Assembly (NCBI GenBank): GCA_031272075.1 | Contig: JAISUK010000065.1 | Location: forward strand, 7,420 to 71,419 | Direction: 5' to 3' | DNA length: 64,000 nt | DNA from: Dysgonamonadaceae bacterium | GTDB lineage: Bacteria > Bacteroidota > Bacteroidia > Bacteroidales > Azobacteroidaceae | The notes under the pieces: model-generated | What the model was told of the DNA's origin: nothing | Database searches by the model: none | Seen by the model: the letters and a program-made list of their open reading frames with translations, nothing else | Made by a program: the position numbers and the translations under genes | Shown here: one piece after another, positions 18,923 to 29,555 of the stretch | Numbering within the stretch: position 1 is the stretch's first letter | Layout of the letters: every line of letters starts with the position of its first letter

Positions 18923-20700
18923 AGCGACAATTCGTACATATCCTCTTGTTGGCGCTTTGTTACAGTGTGGCAGCGTCATGCAGTAAATCGGACGACCCCG
19001 AACTCGATCCGGATTCGGGAGGCGTCGGACAATCGCAAACGCTGCAATTAACGCCTGTTGGAAAATTGAATCAAGGGACGCCGGTGATCAATTCCCATGC
19101 CGACGTGACCGCCCGCTCGTCACTGAAGATGGACTATCGCAGCTATGTAGAGATCGGCAGCAGCCAAGTACAGGTTGCCGCTCCGGTCTATCCCCGCGTG
19201 AAGAAAATGGCAAATGGCCGGTACATTCTCTTCTACCACAACAATCAGATTGGCGCCGATTCTTACTATGTCCGCAGTTCGGACTTATTGACATGGACAG
19301 GAGGAGACAGGGTGTTTGCCAGGTATTCCATCATCGACCAGTCGGGTGCAAGCAACGAACGCCGTTTTTCAAATTGCAACGGATTGGTGCTCGCTAATGG
19401 CGACGTTCTTGCCGTAGCCTCCTATCGCGCCAATGCAAATTATAAAACCCTCAAAAAGGATAATGGCTTAATCTTGCGGCGAAGTACCGACAATGGTGAG
19501 ACATGGAGCAATCCGGTCGAAATTTATCAAGGCACAAATTGGGAACCGCACCTGTTACAGCTGCCTTCCGGCGAGATTCACTGCTATTTCACCGAATCCA
19601 GAACCGATATAGCAGACTATAACTCAGGTGTAGGGCTGATCATTTCTAATGACAACGGTTATACGTGGACACCCTCTTTTGGGAACGAACCATACAGGGT
19701 GATTCGTAAAAAATTTGGAGAAAAAGACGGCGTCGGTCTTTTCACAGACCAAATGCCGGGCGTGATCAAACTCAACAACAGCAACCAACTTGTCGCAGCG
19801 TTGGAGACCTATTACGATGGGGTTTATTACCATATCTCGATGGCCTATTCCGACAATAACGGACAGTGGCCGCATCTTACGATAAACGAGGAAGGCCCCG
19901 CCGATCGACACAATTTCATCTACCTCGGCGCAGCGCCCAGCTTAGCTCAATTTCCTTCAGGTGAAACACTCTTATCCTACAACGCATCATCGCGTTTCAC
20001 TCTGAGATTGGGAGACGCCACAGCGCGTACATTCGGTGAGGCTTATGACCCTTTCCCAAAAACCGGTTATTGGGGAACGCTCGAACCGATAGACGCCCAC
20101 CAGATCATAGGATCGATGCATACTTCGGGCGCCTTGATGTTGGCGCGTTTCATCCTGAACCACCGCATTGTCGCAACGCACAGGACAGTGAATGTTGATG
20201 GCAATAATTCGGAATGGAGCACCACTGACGATGCGCTCTTTGTAGGTGAAAAATCCCAGGCTCAAGCCACATTACGATGCTCTTGCGACAACGATAACAT
20301 CTACTTCTTGGTCGAAGTGCTTGATCAAGCTATTTCGCAGGACGATGATGTAAATATCTTCCTCTCTCCCATCACTGCAACGGGTGATCTGAACTCCGAT
20401 GCGCGACGCATCAAGGTGGCGTACAGCGGATTGAAGAGTACGGATATTTATGCCGGAGGGTGGCGCACTACAGATATGAACGTTTCGGTGAAAGGTGCCT
20501 ACGACGGTACATTATCGGATAACAGCGATTCCGACAACGGATATCTGATCGAAATCGCCATTCCGCGTTCTCAATTGAATCTGTCGTCCGGCACCCTTTT
20601 GGTGAATTTTGCATTATTCGACAGCCAAGGAGGGGAAGACGCTATCTGCAACACCGCATCGAAAAGCCTCGCAACCTGGATTCCAATATCCGGGTTATAG
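18919..20700 (+). CDS. Asp-box beta-propeller lipoprotein (sialidase-fold/GH93-like) with probable C-terminal sugar-binding domain
   Basis: Asp-boxes STDNGETW and SNDNGYTW; YPR, WEP and QMP motifs; C-terminal VDGNNSEW...DNIYFLVEV CBM9/DOMON-like segment. Confidence 0.65.
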   Translation: MKRQFVHILLLALCYSVAASCSKSDDPELDPDSGGVGQSQTLQLTPVGKLNQGTPVINSHADVTARSSLKMDYRSYVEIGSSQVQVAAPVYPRVKKMANGRYILFYHNNQIGADSYYVRSSDLLTWTGGDRVFARYSIIDQSGASNERRFSNCNGLVLANGDVLAVASYRANANYKTLKKDNGLILRRSTDNGETWSNPVEIYQGTNWEPHLLQLPSGEIHCYFTESRTDIADYNSGVGLIISNDNGYTWTPSFGNEPYRVIRKKFGEKDGVGLFTDQMPGVIKLNNSNQLVAALETYYDGVYYHISMAYSDNNGQWPHLTINEEGPADRHNFIYLGAAPSLAQFPSGETLLSYNASSRFTLRLGDATARTFGEAYDPFPKTGYWGTLEPIDAHQIIGSMHTSGALMLARFILNHRIVATHRTVNVDGNNSEWSTTDDALFVGEKSQAQATLRCSCDNDNIYFLVEVLDQAISQDDDVNIFLSPITATGDLNSDARRIKVAYSGLKSTDIYAGGWRTTDMNVSVKGAYDGTLSDNSDSDNGYLIEIAIPRSQLNLSSGTLLVNFALFDSQGGEDAICNTASKSLATWIPISGL

Positions 20701-20732
20701 ATAATGAATGTATAACAACTATTTAACATCGT

Positions 20733-23700
20733 ATGAAACAACAATTTATACTTCTTTTTTGTTTACTGTGGACATTGGTCTCCAATATATCAGCCCAAGA
20801 TTCTTTTGTAAAAGCGTGGGAAGGAACCTTAGAAATCCCATCCTATAAAATCGGACCGTCAGAAACCGCTCCGATTTTTGACTGCGATTGGTCATACCAA
20901 CGGGCGCGACGCGCGGTCTATCCCTATTCGTTGAACGATAATTTCACCAGAAAGAAAGAAAATGTAACTTACAAGGCGTTATATCTCGAAAACGAATATG
21001 TTCAATTGTGCGTCCTCCCGGAGATAGGCGGACGACTGTTTTACGCCATCGACAAAACCAACGGATACGATATTTTCTATCACCAGGATGTGATAAAACC
21101 GGCCAATGTGGGTATGACCGGCGCCTGGATTTCGGGTGGCGTGGAATGGAATGTCTTTCATCATCATCGAGCAACGTCTCATTCAATGGTTGATTACAAG
21201 ATGATCGAGAACAAAAATGGTAGCAAAACCATCTGGATAGGTGAGACAGAACTGCGCCATCGCATGTCGTGGGCGATTGGCATCACCCTCCATCCCGACA
21301 AATCCTATATAGAAATCAGTGGGCGGCTGATTAATTCAACTCCCAACAGCAATGCTATCCTCTACTGGTCGAATGTCTCTACCGGCGTTGATGAAAACTA
21401 TCAGATTATTTTCCCGCAAAATACGGAATTTGGAATGTTCCACAGTAAAGAATATTTTTGCCATTGGCCGTTCACAGCGGAGGCTTATACAGGCGTCGAG
21501 GAGTACAAAAATGGTATTGATGCTTCGTGGTGGAAGAATCACCCGGTAGGTAACTCCATTTTTGCTTACGATTTGAAAGACGATTTTATCGCCGGATACG
21601 ACCATGGCAAAAAAGCCGGTACCATGTTGGTCGGCAACCACCACATCGTCAAAGGCGGAAAATTCTGGTCGTGGGGTCCGAATGCCGGTTGGGACACGAA
21701 AATCCTGACCGACCATGCCGGGCACTATATTGAGCTGATGGCAGGCGCATATTCTGACAATCAGCCGGATTACAACTGGACTTATCCGTATGAAGTGAAG
21801 ACTTTTTCTCAATATTGGTACGCTATCCGCAATATTGGCGGGGTAAAGAAAGGGTCAAAACAGGCGGCGCTCAATCTTGATTTGCTCGGCAATGGGAAAA
21901 TGTTGCTTGGAGTGAACGGAACGGAAAAATTGAACGACATTACAGTAACAGTTGTCAAGGGAGAGCAGACTTTATTTTCGGAAAAAATCCAAGTCGCCCC
22001 GAATACACCCTTCGTAAAAAGCGTTCCTGTTGAAAAAAATATCAAAGAGCATGAATTAACCATGACGCTCATCGACAGCAACGGCAAACAGCTTCTTTCC
22101 TACACCCCTGTCGAGAAAGATCCCGACAACCCGCTTCCCGATATTGTAAGACCGCCCCTTTTGCCCAAACAGATTGAGAATACCGAAGAATGTTATTTAG
22201 TCGGTCTTCGCAACTTGCAATTTCACAACCCCTTCATCCAACCCTCCGATTATTTTTTAGAGGTGCTTCGCCGCGATCCCGACGATACCCGCGCTAATAC
22301 ACAGATGGGCATATATTGGCGGTTGAGGGGAGATAACGAGAAGGCGGCCATGTATTTGCGTAAAGCCATCAAACGTCAGACCAAAGATTATACGCGCCCG
22401 AATGATTGCGAGGCAATGTATAATCTGGGACTTGTCCTCAAATCGGAAGCAAAAATCGAAGCAGCAATAGACACATTATATCGCGCTGTCTGGAACTATA
22501 CCTATAACTCGGCGGCAAACTATCAGCTTGCGCAGATTTATACGGCGCAAGGCGATTTCGACATGGCTTTGGATAGATTGGAAGAGGCAATTACGTATAA
22601 TGGCCACAATCTGCCCGCTATCAATTTGAAGAGTTCCATCCTTCGCATGCTGGGGGAAAAAGAAGAGGCAAAAGCCTGTATCGAGAAAGTATTAGCGTTC
22701 GATCCGGTAAATGCTTACGCCACTTACGAAAACCACCTGCTGACCAAGGACGACTATTTTTCAACCCTGATGCGCGACAATGTTGAATCCTACCTCGAAC
22801 TTGCGATAGAATATCTGCACAATGGATTTGAGGCACAGACCTTCAGCCTGTTAAAAGACATTGACGCCAAGCGACCCTATCCTACCGTCAGACTGTGGCT
22901 CGGTTATTTGACCGATAAAGCAGGGGATAAAAATAAAGCTGCCGATTACTTTAATTCGGCGCTGGAAATGTCCGTCGATTTTTGTCATCCGTTCAGAATA
23001 GAAACCATTTCTGTCCTAGAAAAGGCCAAGGAATATTGTCCGGACAACGATAAACTCTACTACTACTTGGGAAATATCTTCTACGACAAGCAACCTGAAA
23101 GGGCAATGATGGAATGGAATAAATGTATCAGCCTCAATCCGTCGTTTGCAATGGCATGGCGCAACCTTGGCTGGGCAAACTGGAAACATGCCAAAAATTA
23201 TGCCGAATCGGCAAAGGCATACCGCAAGGCCATAGAGATAGACCCCACACAAGCATTGTTTCTTGAAGAAATCGACCAAGTTTACGAGGCGATGGGAGCC
23301 GATGTCTCGGTGCGTTACAATCTGCTTAAAAGCATGCACGATGTATGTGTCAAACGCTACTATCCACTTGCGGCAGAGGTGATCACAGGAACATTCGTCG
23401 GAGACTATGATTATGTGATTGACCTACTTCGAAACTGCTATTTCCCGACACGCGAGGGTGTAGCCAACTTCCACGATGTCTATGTCAATGCGCTCCTTCT
23501 TGCAGGGGAAGATAAATTTGCAAAAGGATCTAATAAAGAGGCTATTGCACTTTTTGAAGAAGCATTCGAGTATCCCGAAAACCATCAAGTGTTCTATGTT
23601 GACACACGTTTTCCGAGAGATGCACAAATCTATTATTCGATTGCCGATGCCTATGAAAAAATGGGCGATAAGTCTAAAGCACAGCTAAACTATAAAAAAG

Positions 23701-24041
23701 CGGCAACGGTGAACGTAAAGAAAACAAATTACCGCTATTGGAAAGCGCTGGCGCTTAAAAAACTAAACAAGACTGCCGAGGCAGAAATCCTGTTCAGGGC
23801 GCTTGCGGAAGACGGATCCAACAGCATTGTTCAGAGTTGGGTGAATTTTTACGGCGCAGAGGGTACCACCGGCGAAACGGTGGAGACCATCAATACAAAA
23901 GCATATTATACCAAAGGATTAGGAGAATTGGGACTCGGCAACAAATCAGAAGCGGAAAAAAGTTTCAAAAAATCTGTCGAACTAAAACCGGATAATCTTT
24001 GGTCGACGGTCATGCTAAAATTATTAAAATCAGATAATTAA
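20733..24041 (+). CDS. DUF5107-like N-domain plus multiple TPR repeats
   Basis: LENEYVQLCVLPEIGGRL...WISGGVEWN N-domain; helical TPR-like C-terminal region; signal peptide. Confidence 0.75.
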   Translation: MKQQFILLFCLLWTLVSNISAQDSFVKAWEGTLEIPSYKIGPSETAPIFDCDWSYQRARRAVYPYSLNDNFTRKKENVTYKALYLENEYVQLCVLPEIGGRLFYAIDKTNGYDIFYHQDVIKPANVGMTGAWISGGVEWNVFHHHRATSHSMVDYKMIENKNGSKTIWIGETELRHRMSWAIGITLHPDKSYIEISGRLINSTPNSNAILYWSNVSTGVDENYQIIFPQNTEFGMFHSKEYFCHWPFTAEAYTGVEEYKNGIDASWWKNHPVGNSIFAYDLKDDFIAGYDHGKKAGTMLVGNHHIVKGGKFWSWGPNAGWDTKILTDHAGHYIELMAGAYSDNQPDYNWTYPYEVKTFSQYWYAIRNIGGVKKGSKQAALNLDLLGNGKMLLGVNGTEKLNDITVTVVKGEQTLFSEKIQVAPNTPFVKSVPVEKNIKEHELTMTLIDSNGKQLLSYTPVEKDPDNPLPDIVRPPLLPKQIENTEECYLVGLRNLQFHNPFIQPSDYFLEVLRRDPDDTRANTQMGIYWRLRGDNEKAAMYLRKAIKRQTKDYTRPNDCEAMYNLGLVLKSEAKIEAAIDTLYRAVWNYTYNSAANYQLAQIYTAQGDFDMALDRLEEAITYNGHNLPAINLKSSILRMLGEKEEAKACIEKVLAFDPVNAYATYENHLLTKDDYFSTLMRDNVESYLELAIEYLHNGFEAQTFSLLKDIDAKRPYPTVRLWLGYLTDKAGDKNKAADYFNSALEMSVDFCHPFRIETISVLEKAKEYCPDNDKLYYYLGNIFYDKQPERAMMEWNKCISLNPSFAMAWRNLGWANWKHAKNYAESAKAYRKAIEIDPTQALFLEEIDQVYEAMGADVSVRYNLLKSMHDVCVKRYYPLAAEVITGTFVGDYDYVIDLLRNCYFPTREGVANFHDVYVNALLLAGEDKFAKGSNKEAIALFEEAFEYPENHQVFYVDTRFPRDAQIYYSIADAYEKMGDKSKAQLNYKKAATVNVKKTNYRYWKALALKKLNKTAEAEILFRALAEDGSNSIVQSWVNFYGAEGTTGETVETINTKAYYTKGLGELGLGNKSEAEKSFKKSVELKPDNLWSTVMLKLLKSDN

Positions 24042-24062
24042 ATTACAATAAAACAACTAATC

Positions 24063-25859
24063 ATGATAAAGTTAAAAACGTTATCGGGTATCGTACTGTG
24101 TTTACTAGCACTCGGATGTTCTAATAATAAGCCTGACAGTAACGAATGTGATGTTCGTATATCTTGGGACTACAATACCTATCAAGAAATGATCGAAGTC
24201 AATGTTCAAAATAAAGGCTTTATAGAGAAGAACTTCTACTACCCGCGTATTAAAAGGCTTTCTAACGGCTCTTTATTGATGTCGTTCTCAAACCATCACT
24301 ATGGATGGAATATTTATGTGCGCCGTAGCGACGATAATGGAAAAACGTGGAGCGACGCGCTGTTGTTAAGGGAAACCTACAAAACTGCTTCTACCGTCGG
24401 TGACGACGATAAAGTGTTTGTCAACGCTGATTTTATAGAGTTGAGCGACAATCGCATACTGCTGGCTTATCAATGGCGCTACAGGTTGGGCTATGCCGAT
24501 ATTCCTAATACCAACAACAATTGTGGTATAGAAATTATGTTCAGTGATGATTTCGGTCTTACCTTTTCCGAACCGCGAGAAGTGTATCGGGGTCGTTGTT
24601 GGGAGCCGGCAATGCTTCAGTTACCCTCCGGTGAAATTCAAATGTATATTACCTCGTCGCAGGATGTCAAGGATGAAATTTCATATCCGCGAACAGTCGT
24701 TATTCGTTCGTTTGACGGCGGGACAACATGGCAAGGTAAGGAATTGTGTACCTATCTCGACAATGAAGCGATTTCGCGTACCATCGACGACCGATACGCC
24801 TACGACGGAATGCCTTCGGGCGTATGGCTCGACGACAATAATGGCATTGCGGTGCCTTTGGAGGTTTGGCACAGCAAATACGTTGTTGACCAAACTCCTA
24901 TTATTGTAAAAACCGAAGCCGATGTCAATTGGCGCATCGATCAGAATAAAATACTCAATGAAGGCGGCCCCGATTACCCGAACAAGAAACAGGTGAATAA
25001 AGATCTTTGGGGGTACGGTCCTTATTCTACCAAATTGAATACAGGCGAGATGCTTGTGTTGTGTAACGGCACATATAAAGGTGTTGAGGGCATCTGGACG
25101 CTGATTGGGGATAAAAAAGCCGATAATTTCAGATTTGCAACTTCGCCTTTTGAAGGATACTGGGGTTCAATAGATTATATCGGCAACGGCGAAGTCATTG
25201 CCACTGGGACGGTTCGATATGACGACAACGGTGATGCACGAGGCAAAGTACGCGTGATGAAAGGACGATTAAACTATGCCAAAACCGTCAATAAAGGTGA
25301 GGTCAAAATGGTGCCGATAACAGCGTTTGATCGGGAAAACAATGATTATTGGTTTCTCGGGAAAACAACGCCGGCTTCTGTTTTTACGAATTTCGGATAT
25401 ACTGACAACGGCTTTCAGTTTGCTACTTACCTGTACGATAAAAATATAGCTGCATTCACGCCTGAAAATTCGGATGCCTCCGTGATGCTGCTCAACAGGA
25501 CAACCGGCAAAGACGGGGTTTCGCAGAACTACAAATTTGTGATCAATGCCAACGGTAAATTTACTGTATATAAAGAGGAGAATTATTCATGGGTTCTCAT
25601 TCACCGAGGCACAAGCGACACAGTAGAAGTTTCAGGAACCATTAATAATGACGATGACGAAGACCTCGGTTTTGCAGCAAAGATAGTTGTCGATTGGAAG
25701 TTGTTGGGAGGCAAACCTGTTCCAAAAGAGACGTTCAGGGTACACTTGCAGCATTGCTATAAGGCCCAATCATCAGAGAAACCATTGTCCGTTCTTGAGA
25801 ATATGGCGGGCGAGAATAGCGATTATCCGCAAGAATGGCTCCGCATAACTCTGAAATAG
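24063..25859 (+). CDS. Second Asp-box beta-propeller lipoprotein (sialidase-fold/GH93-like)
   Basis: LGC lipobox; YPR, SDDNGKTW, WEP, SFDGGTTW and GMP motifs. Confidence 0.65.
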   Translation: MIKLKTLSGIVLCLLALGCSNNKPDSNECDVRISWDYNTYQEMIEVNVQNKGFIEKNFYYPRIKRLSNGSLLMSFSNHHYGWNIYVRRSDDNGKTWSDALLLRETYKTASTVGDDDKVFVNADFIELSDNRILLAYQWRYRLGYADIPNTNNNCGIEIMFSDDFGLTFSEPREVYRGRCWEPAMLQLPSGEIQMYITSSQDVKDEISYPRTVVIRSFDGGTTWQGKELCTYLDNEAISRTIDDRYAYDGMPSGVWLDDNNGIAVPLEVWHSKYVVDQTPIIVKTEADVNWRIDQNKILNEGGPDYPNKKQVNKDLWGYGPYSTKLNTGEMLVLCNGTYKGVEGIWTLIGDKKADNFRFATSPFEGYWGSIDYIGNGEVIATGTVRYDDNGDARGKVRVMKGRLNYAKTVNKGEVKMVPITAFDRENNDYWFLGKTTPASVFTNFGYTDNGFQFATYLYDKNIAAFTPENSDASVMLLNRTTGKDGVSQNYKFVINANGKFTVYKEENYSWVLIHRGTSDTVEVSGTINNDDDEDLGFAAKIVVDWKLLGGKPVPKETFRVHLQHCYKAQSSEKPLSVLENMAGENSDYPQEWLRITLK

Positions 25860-25906
25860 AGAAGTATTCCCTGTTTTTCGGTTAATTCCAAACCCCATTC
25901 AAGCTA

Positions 25907-26063
25907 AAGAGGTTGTCGCAAAAGTATTTTTTACCGCAAAGGACACAAAGATAGCGCAATGCACACAAGGCGTAAAGTTTTAATAGTAATTGCTTTGCGT
26001 TCTTGGCGAAACCTTTGCGCACTTTGCGGTTTAATCAACTATTGGCTTTTGAGACAACCTCTT
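25907..26063. mobile_element. MITE-like 157-bp palindromic element
   Basis: 18-bp terminal inverted repeats AAGAGGTTGTCGCAAAAG / CTTTTGAGACAACCTCTT (1 mismatch) around an ACCGCAAAG...CTTTGCGGT imperfect palindrome; between convergent genes. Confidence 0.6.
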
Positions 26064-26098
26064 CATTCTTCAGATTTGCAATCATGAATGTTTACGCG

Positions 26099-26935
26099 CT
26101 ACCAATTGAGTTGGAGGGTATAAGCATTGATGCCGTTGCCCAACGACGTGACGGAACTTCCGGCGTAGTTCCAGAAATGTTTTTCTGCCAGCACAAAAAT
26201 GGCATAATCAGCATTTTCCGTATTTTCTACAATAAACACATTGAAGGCATTGTCGGTGTTTTCCACTGTCGTTTTGAGTGATTCAACGAGGTCTTTTTTC
26301 ACCGTTCCGATCATCAGGAAGTTCATGTAGTTGCGTTTCATGGTAGACATCACGCCTTCGTCACCGCCAAAAGCAGCGAGATGTGCTTGTGTCTCAAAGC
26401 GCGCCGTCCGGAAATAGATATCGAACGAGATCTTCTCCCCGTCTTCACGTTGACCTTCCATTTTCAATGTCTGGCCGGAGATGTGGCAATCATTGGCAAT
26501 TTTGTGTGATTCCGAGCCGATGACCGGCGCATTGAGCAGCAAGGTGCTGCCTTCGAACGAACCGGAGGCGGAAATCTTGTTAAACGCCAAATACGTCCAG
26601 TGCTTGGAGTCGAGAGCGCTTTTGAGCACCGGATTTTGTTGTGCCGAAGTATGATACGACACATCGGTGCGGTCGATGATGCCCAACCATGAGCCTTCCA
26701 CCGACCGAAGCGTGGTGGTGAAATAGGTGTTTATGGGCGCATAATCCGCCTCCGTCGTGCCGATCGGCGCATTGGTCAGTTTCGACACAAAATGCACCTG
26801 TGTCGTGAAATTACTCGACGGCCATACTTCTACCGATTCGGCGGTGATTGGGTCGTCCTTGACACAGCCGGCAAAGAGGAGTGTAATCAGCAAACTGCCG
26901 ACAGATATAAAATGATGTTTCATTATTGTTATCAT
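26099..26935 (-). CDS. Lipoprotein of unknown function
   Basis: FAGC lipobox; last gene of the susC-susD-EEP operon; no catalytic motif recognised. Confidence 0.75.
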   Translation of the reverse strand: MITIMKHHFISVGSLLITLLFAGCVKDDPITAESVEVWPSSNFTTQVHFVSKLTNAPIGTTEADYAPINTYFTTTLRSVEGSWLGIIDRTDVSYHTSAQQNPVLKSALDSKHWTYLAFNKISASGSFEGSTLLLNAPVIGSESHKIANDCHISGQTLKMEGQREDGEKISFDIYFRTARFETQAHLAAFGGDEGVMSTMKRNYMNFLMIGTVKKDLVESLKTTVENTDNAFNVFIVENTENADYAIFVLAEKHFWNYAGSSVTSLGNGINAYTLQLNW

Positions 26936-26953
26936 TTAATGGGTTTTACAAAA

Positions 26954-27793
26954 TCATGGATTCAACGTTACTACGCCGACAATCGGGTAATGATCGGACA
27001 ACTGGTTGAGCGACAGTCCGCCGCTTAGCTGGCCGCTGCTTTTTACTACGGTATAGGAATTTTTCGTCCATTTTCCGGCGGGATACGAAAAGAAATAGTC
27101 CAGCTTACTGCTGTTGCCGTAGGTCGTGGTGTTGTCGCACACACGATCCATGGCTCCGCCGTAAGCGTTGTCGCCGGTATAGGCGGTAATGGCCGCGGTG
27201 GTCGTCCCCTGGTTCATATCGCCCAACAGCAAGGCCGGGTACGGGCAATCTTTGATCGTCTGGGTTTTCACGTCCCTTGCCTGGTCGCGGCGGTTATTGG
27301 CGGTTCCCTGATGATCGAGGTGCGTACAGACTACCCGGATGGTGACGCCTTCGGGATGTTGCGCCGTCGGCACAAGTATATCCACATATTCCACGCTACG
27401 CTGGTCTGCGGTGCCGCTCGGTTTTGTTATCAATGATGAGTACGTATTCACGTAGGGGTATTTCGAAAGGATGCCGTTGCCGTAGTAGCCGACATCTTTC
27501 ACATACGAAAATCCGAAAAACGGATACATGCCGAGCAGTCGAGCTACTTCCGTCAGTTTTTCCACATAATTCATGCGCGAGGTAGCCGTTTCAAATTCGT
27601 TGAAACAGATGACGTCGGGATTGTGTTCTTTGATCAAATCGACGTATGGCTGCACGTTAAAGCCCGCCACGTTGTTGATACCTTCAAACGACAGGATGTT
27701 CCATTCCATCACTTTCAGTGTTTGCGCTTGAAGTGAAGCGGTCAGCAGCAACAATGCCGCCAAACCTGTAAAATAATATTTGATACGTTTCAT
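26954..27793 (-). CDS. Exported endonuclease/exonuclease/phosphatase (EEP) family protein
   Basis: LKVMEWNI, PDVICFNE, CTHLDH, LLGDMN, LDYFF, SDHYPI catalytic motifs; signal peptide. Confidence 0.9.
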   Translation of the reverse strand: MKRIKYYFTGLAALLLLTASLQAQTLKVMEWNILSFEGINNVAGFNVQPYVDLIKEHNPDVICFNEFETATSRMNYVEKLTEVARLLGMYPFFGFSYVKDVGYYGNGILSKYPYVNTYSSLITKPSGTADQRSVEYVDILVPTAQHPEGVTIRVVCTHLDHQGTANNRRDQARDVKTQTIKDCPYPALLLGDMNQGTTTAAITAYTGDNAYGGAMDRVCDNTTTYGNSSKLDYFFSYPAGKWTKNSYTVVKSSGQLSGGLSLNQLSDHYPIVGVVTLNP

Positions 27794-27809
27794 AAGTCCT
27801 AAATATGTA

Positions 27810-29447
27810 TTAATAACCGATGTTTTGTTTTAGATTGACGTTTCCTTCGAAAGCTTGCGACGGAATCGGAAACACATGATGTATATTCGGGTCGAAACTG
27901 CGTGCGCCATAGATTTCGGAAGTGCCGGTGATGGTCACAGGACCATTGACGACGGTGCCTGCGGTATAGGTCACGCCATGCGTAGGTTGGGCGTACAACC
28001 TTTGTGCGTCGCCCCAACGAACAACATCGATGTGTCGGCTGGGCAGGTATTCGGCTGCAAGTTCCACTCGGCGTTCGTTTTTCAGTTGTTCTTTCGTTGC
28101 GGCGCTGTTTTCCGGCAACCGGGCACGTTTGCGAATCCGATTGAGCAATTGCTTCGCTTCGCTGTCGCCTTCGCCGTTTTTCCAGATCAGCGCTTCGGCT
28201 TTCATCAGCAGCACGTCGGAAAAGCGGATAAGGCTTGTGCCGAGCGTGTTGCACATGTAATTACCGTTTGTATTGACATCTTTGCCGATGCAGTCAGCAG
28301 CTTCGTAAGGCGACATGAATTTACGGAATGTCATGCCAGAAGTGGACGAAATGCCCCAGGTGCGGGTCGAATTGCTGATCGCGTCGAATGTCATTCCGCC
28401 GAACAACACGTCGCGGCCTACAAATTGAATATGGTCGCCCGGTCGCAAGATCGTCGCATCGCGGCGGGTATCGTCCGCCTCAAAAGCATTCCACAGTTCC
28501 AACGTCGGCTGGTAGTATCCCCAGGTGTTGATGATGCTGTATCCGTCCTGGTTAAACCCGACGCCATGGTAAATAGGACCCTGGTTGGCATTGCCGAGCA
28601 TGGAAAAAATGTATTCGGAAGAAAAATTGTTTTCCTTACGCCACAATTTGGCAAACGGTACGGCGGAATTGTCGTCGAACAACTCCCGTCGATCGGCGCC
28701 TGTCAAAGCCATAATCTTATTGCAAAAGTCAATGACAGTATCGAAATATTTGGCGTCGTATTGAGCGGCGTACAGAGCGGCGCGTGCACCGAATGCCCAT
28801 GCTGCCGCCTTATGCGGGTAGCCGTACAGATTTTCCGGTAACTGTGAGAAGAGCGGCAGTTTTTCGCCCGCCGTATACATGTCAGCGATAATCTGGTCGT
28901 AGTTGGCCAATACCGAAGTCGGTCGCGGCACGTCCATATCTACCGGTTCGGTCGTTTCAAGGATAATCGGAATCCCGCCGTTCGGGCCGTTGTCGCCATA
29001 CCAGGGCGCTAACCACAGCATGGAAAAGCCGCGAAAGAAATAGGCGATGCCTACCGTCTGTTCGATGTAAGTCTTATCCAGTTCCATGGTGGGCACCAGT
29101 TTGATGATATTGTTTGCTTTGGTCACATTCTGATACATGTCGCGCCATACATAACGCTGGTCGTCGGAGTTGTTGGCCGGCATCAGGAAATTGCGAATCT
29201 GATCGGCCGAAGCCCTTGTGCGTCCGGGAACTGTATTGTCGCTACAACATTCCAGCCACATGTGACCACGTCCGCCACACCATTCCGTGGTAGTGAAATT
29301 GAAAAGGGCGGCGATCGCCAAATCCACATCTTCGACGGTTTGCCATCCGGTAGGCCGTCCGTAGTGGGGCGTATCCAAAAAATCGCTGCATCCTGCAATG
29401 ACCAGGATACTGACAAATAAACTGATTATTAATATTTTCGTTTTCAT
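27810..29447 (-). CDS. SusD/RagB lipoprotein
   Basis: IAGCSDFLD, AYFFRGFS, IRFSDVLLMKAEA, ERRVELAAE, LKQNIGY. Confidence 0.94.
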   Translation of the reverse strand: MKTKILIISLFVSILVIAGCSDFLDTPHYGRPTGWQTVEDVDLAIAALFNFTTTEWCGGRGHMWLECCSDNTVPGRTRASADQIRNFLMPANNSDDQRYVWRDMYQNVTKANNIIKLVPTMELDKTYIEQTVGIAYFFRGFSMLWLAPWYGDNGPNGGIPIILETTEPVDMDVPRPTSVLANYDQIIADMYTAGEKLPLFSQLPENLYGYPHKAAAWAFGARAALYAAQYDAKYFDTVIDFCNKIMALTGADRRELFDDNSAVPFAKLWRKENNFSSEYIFSMLGNANQGPIYHGVGFNQDGYSIINTWGYYQPTLELWNAFEADDTRRDATILRPGDHIQFVGRDVLFGGMTFDAISNSTRTWGISSTSGMTFRKFMSPYEAADCIGKDVNTNGNYMCNTLGTSLIRFSDVLLMKAEALIWKNGEGDSEAKQLLNRIRKRARLPENSAATKEQLKNERRVELAAEYLPSRHIDVVRWGDAQRLYAQPTHGVTYTAGTVVNGPVTITGTSEIYGARSFDPNIHHVFPIPSQAFEGNVNLKQNIGY

Positions 29448-29534
29448 ACGTCAATAATTTTTTTAAAGGTCGTATGGAACCCGCATGTCATTATTGTCAT
29501 CAACTTGGATGTTTGAAAATGATGCTCGTTTCAT
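29443..29534 (-). mobile_element. Start-codon element copy E
   Basis: Minus strand cgtATGAAACGAGCATC...GTTCCATACGACCTTTAAAAAAAATTATTGACGT-ATGAA; 87 nt; between susC and susD. Confidence 0.75.
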
Positions 29535-29555
29535 ACGAATATGTTTTATTAGACA

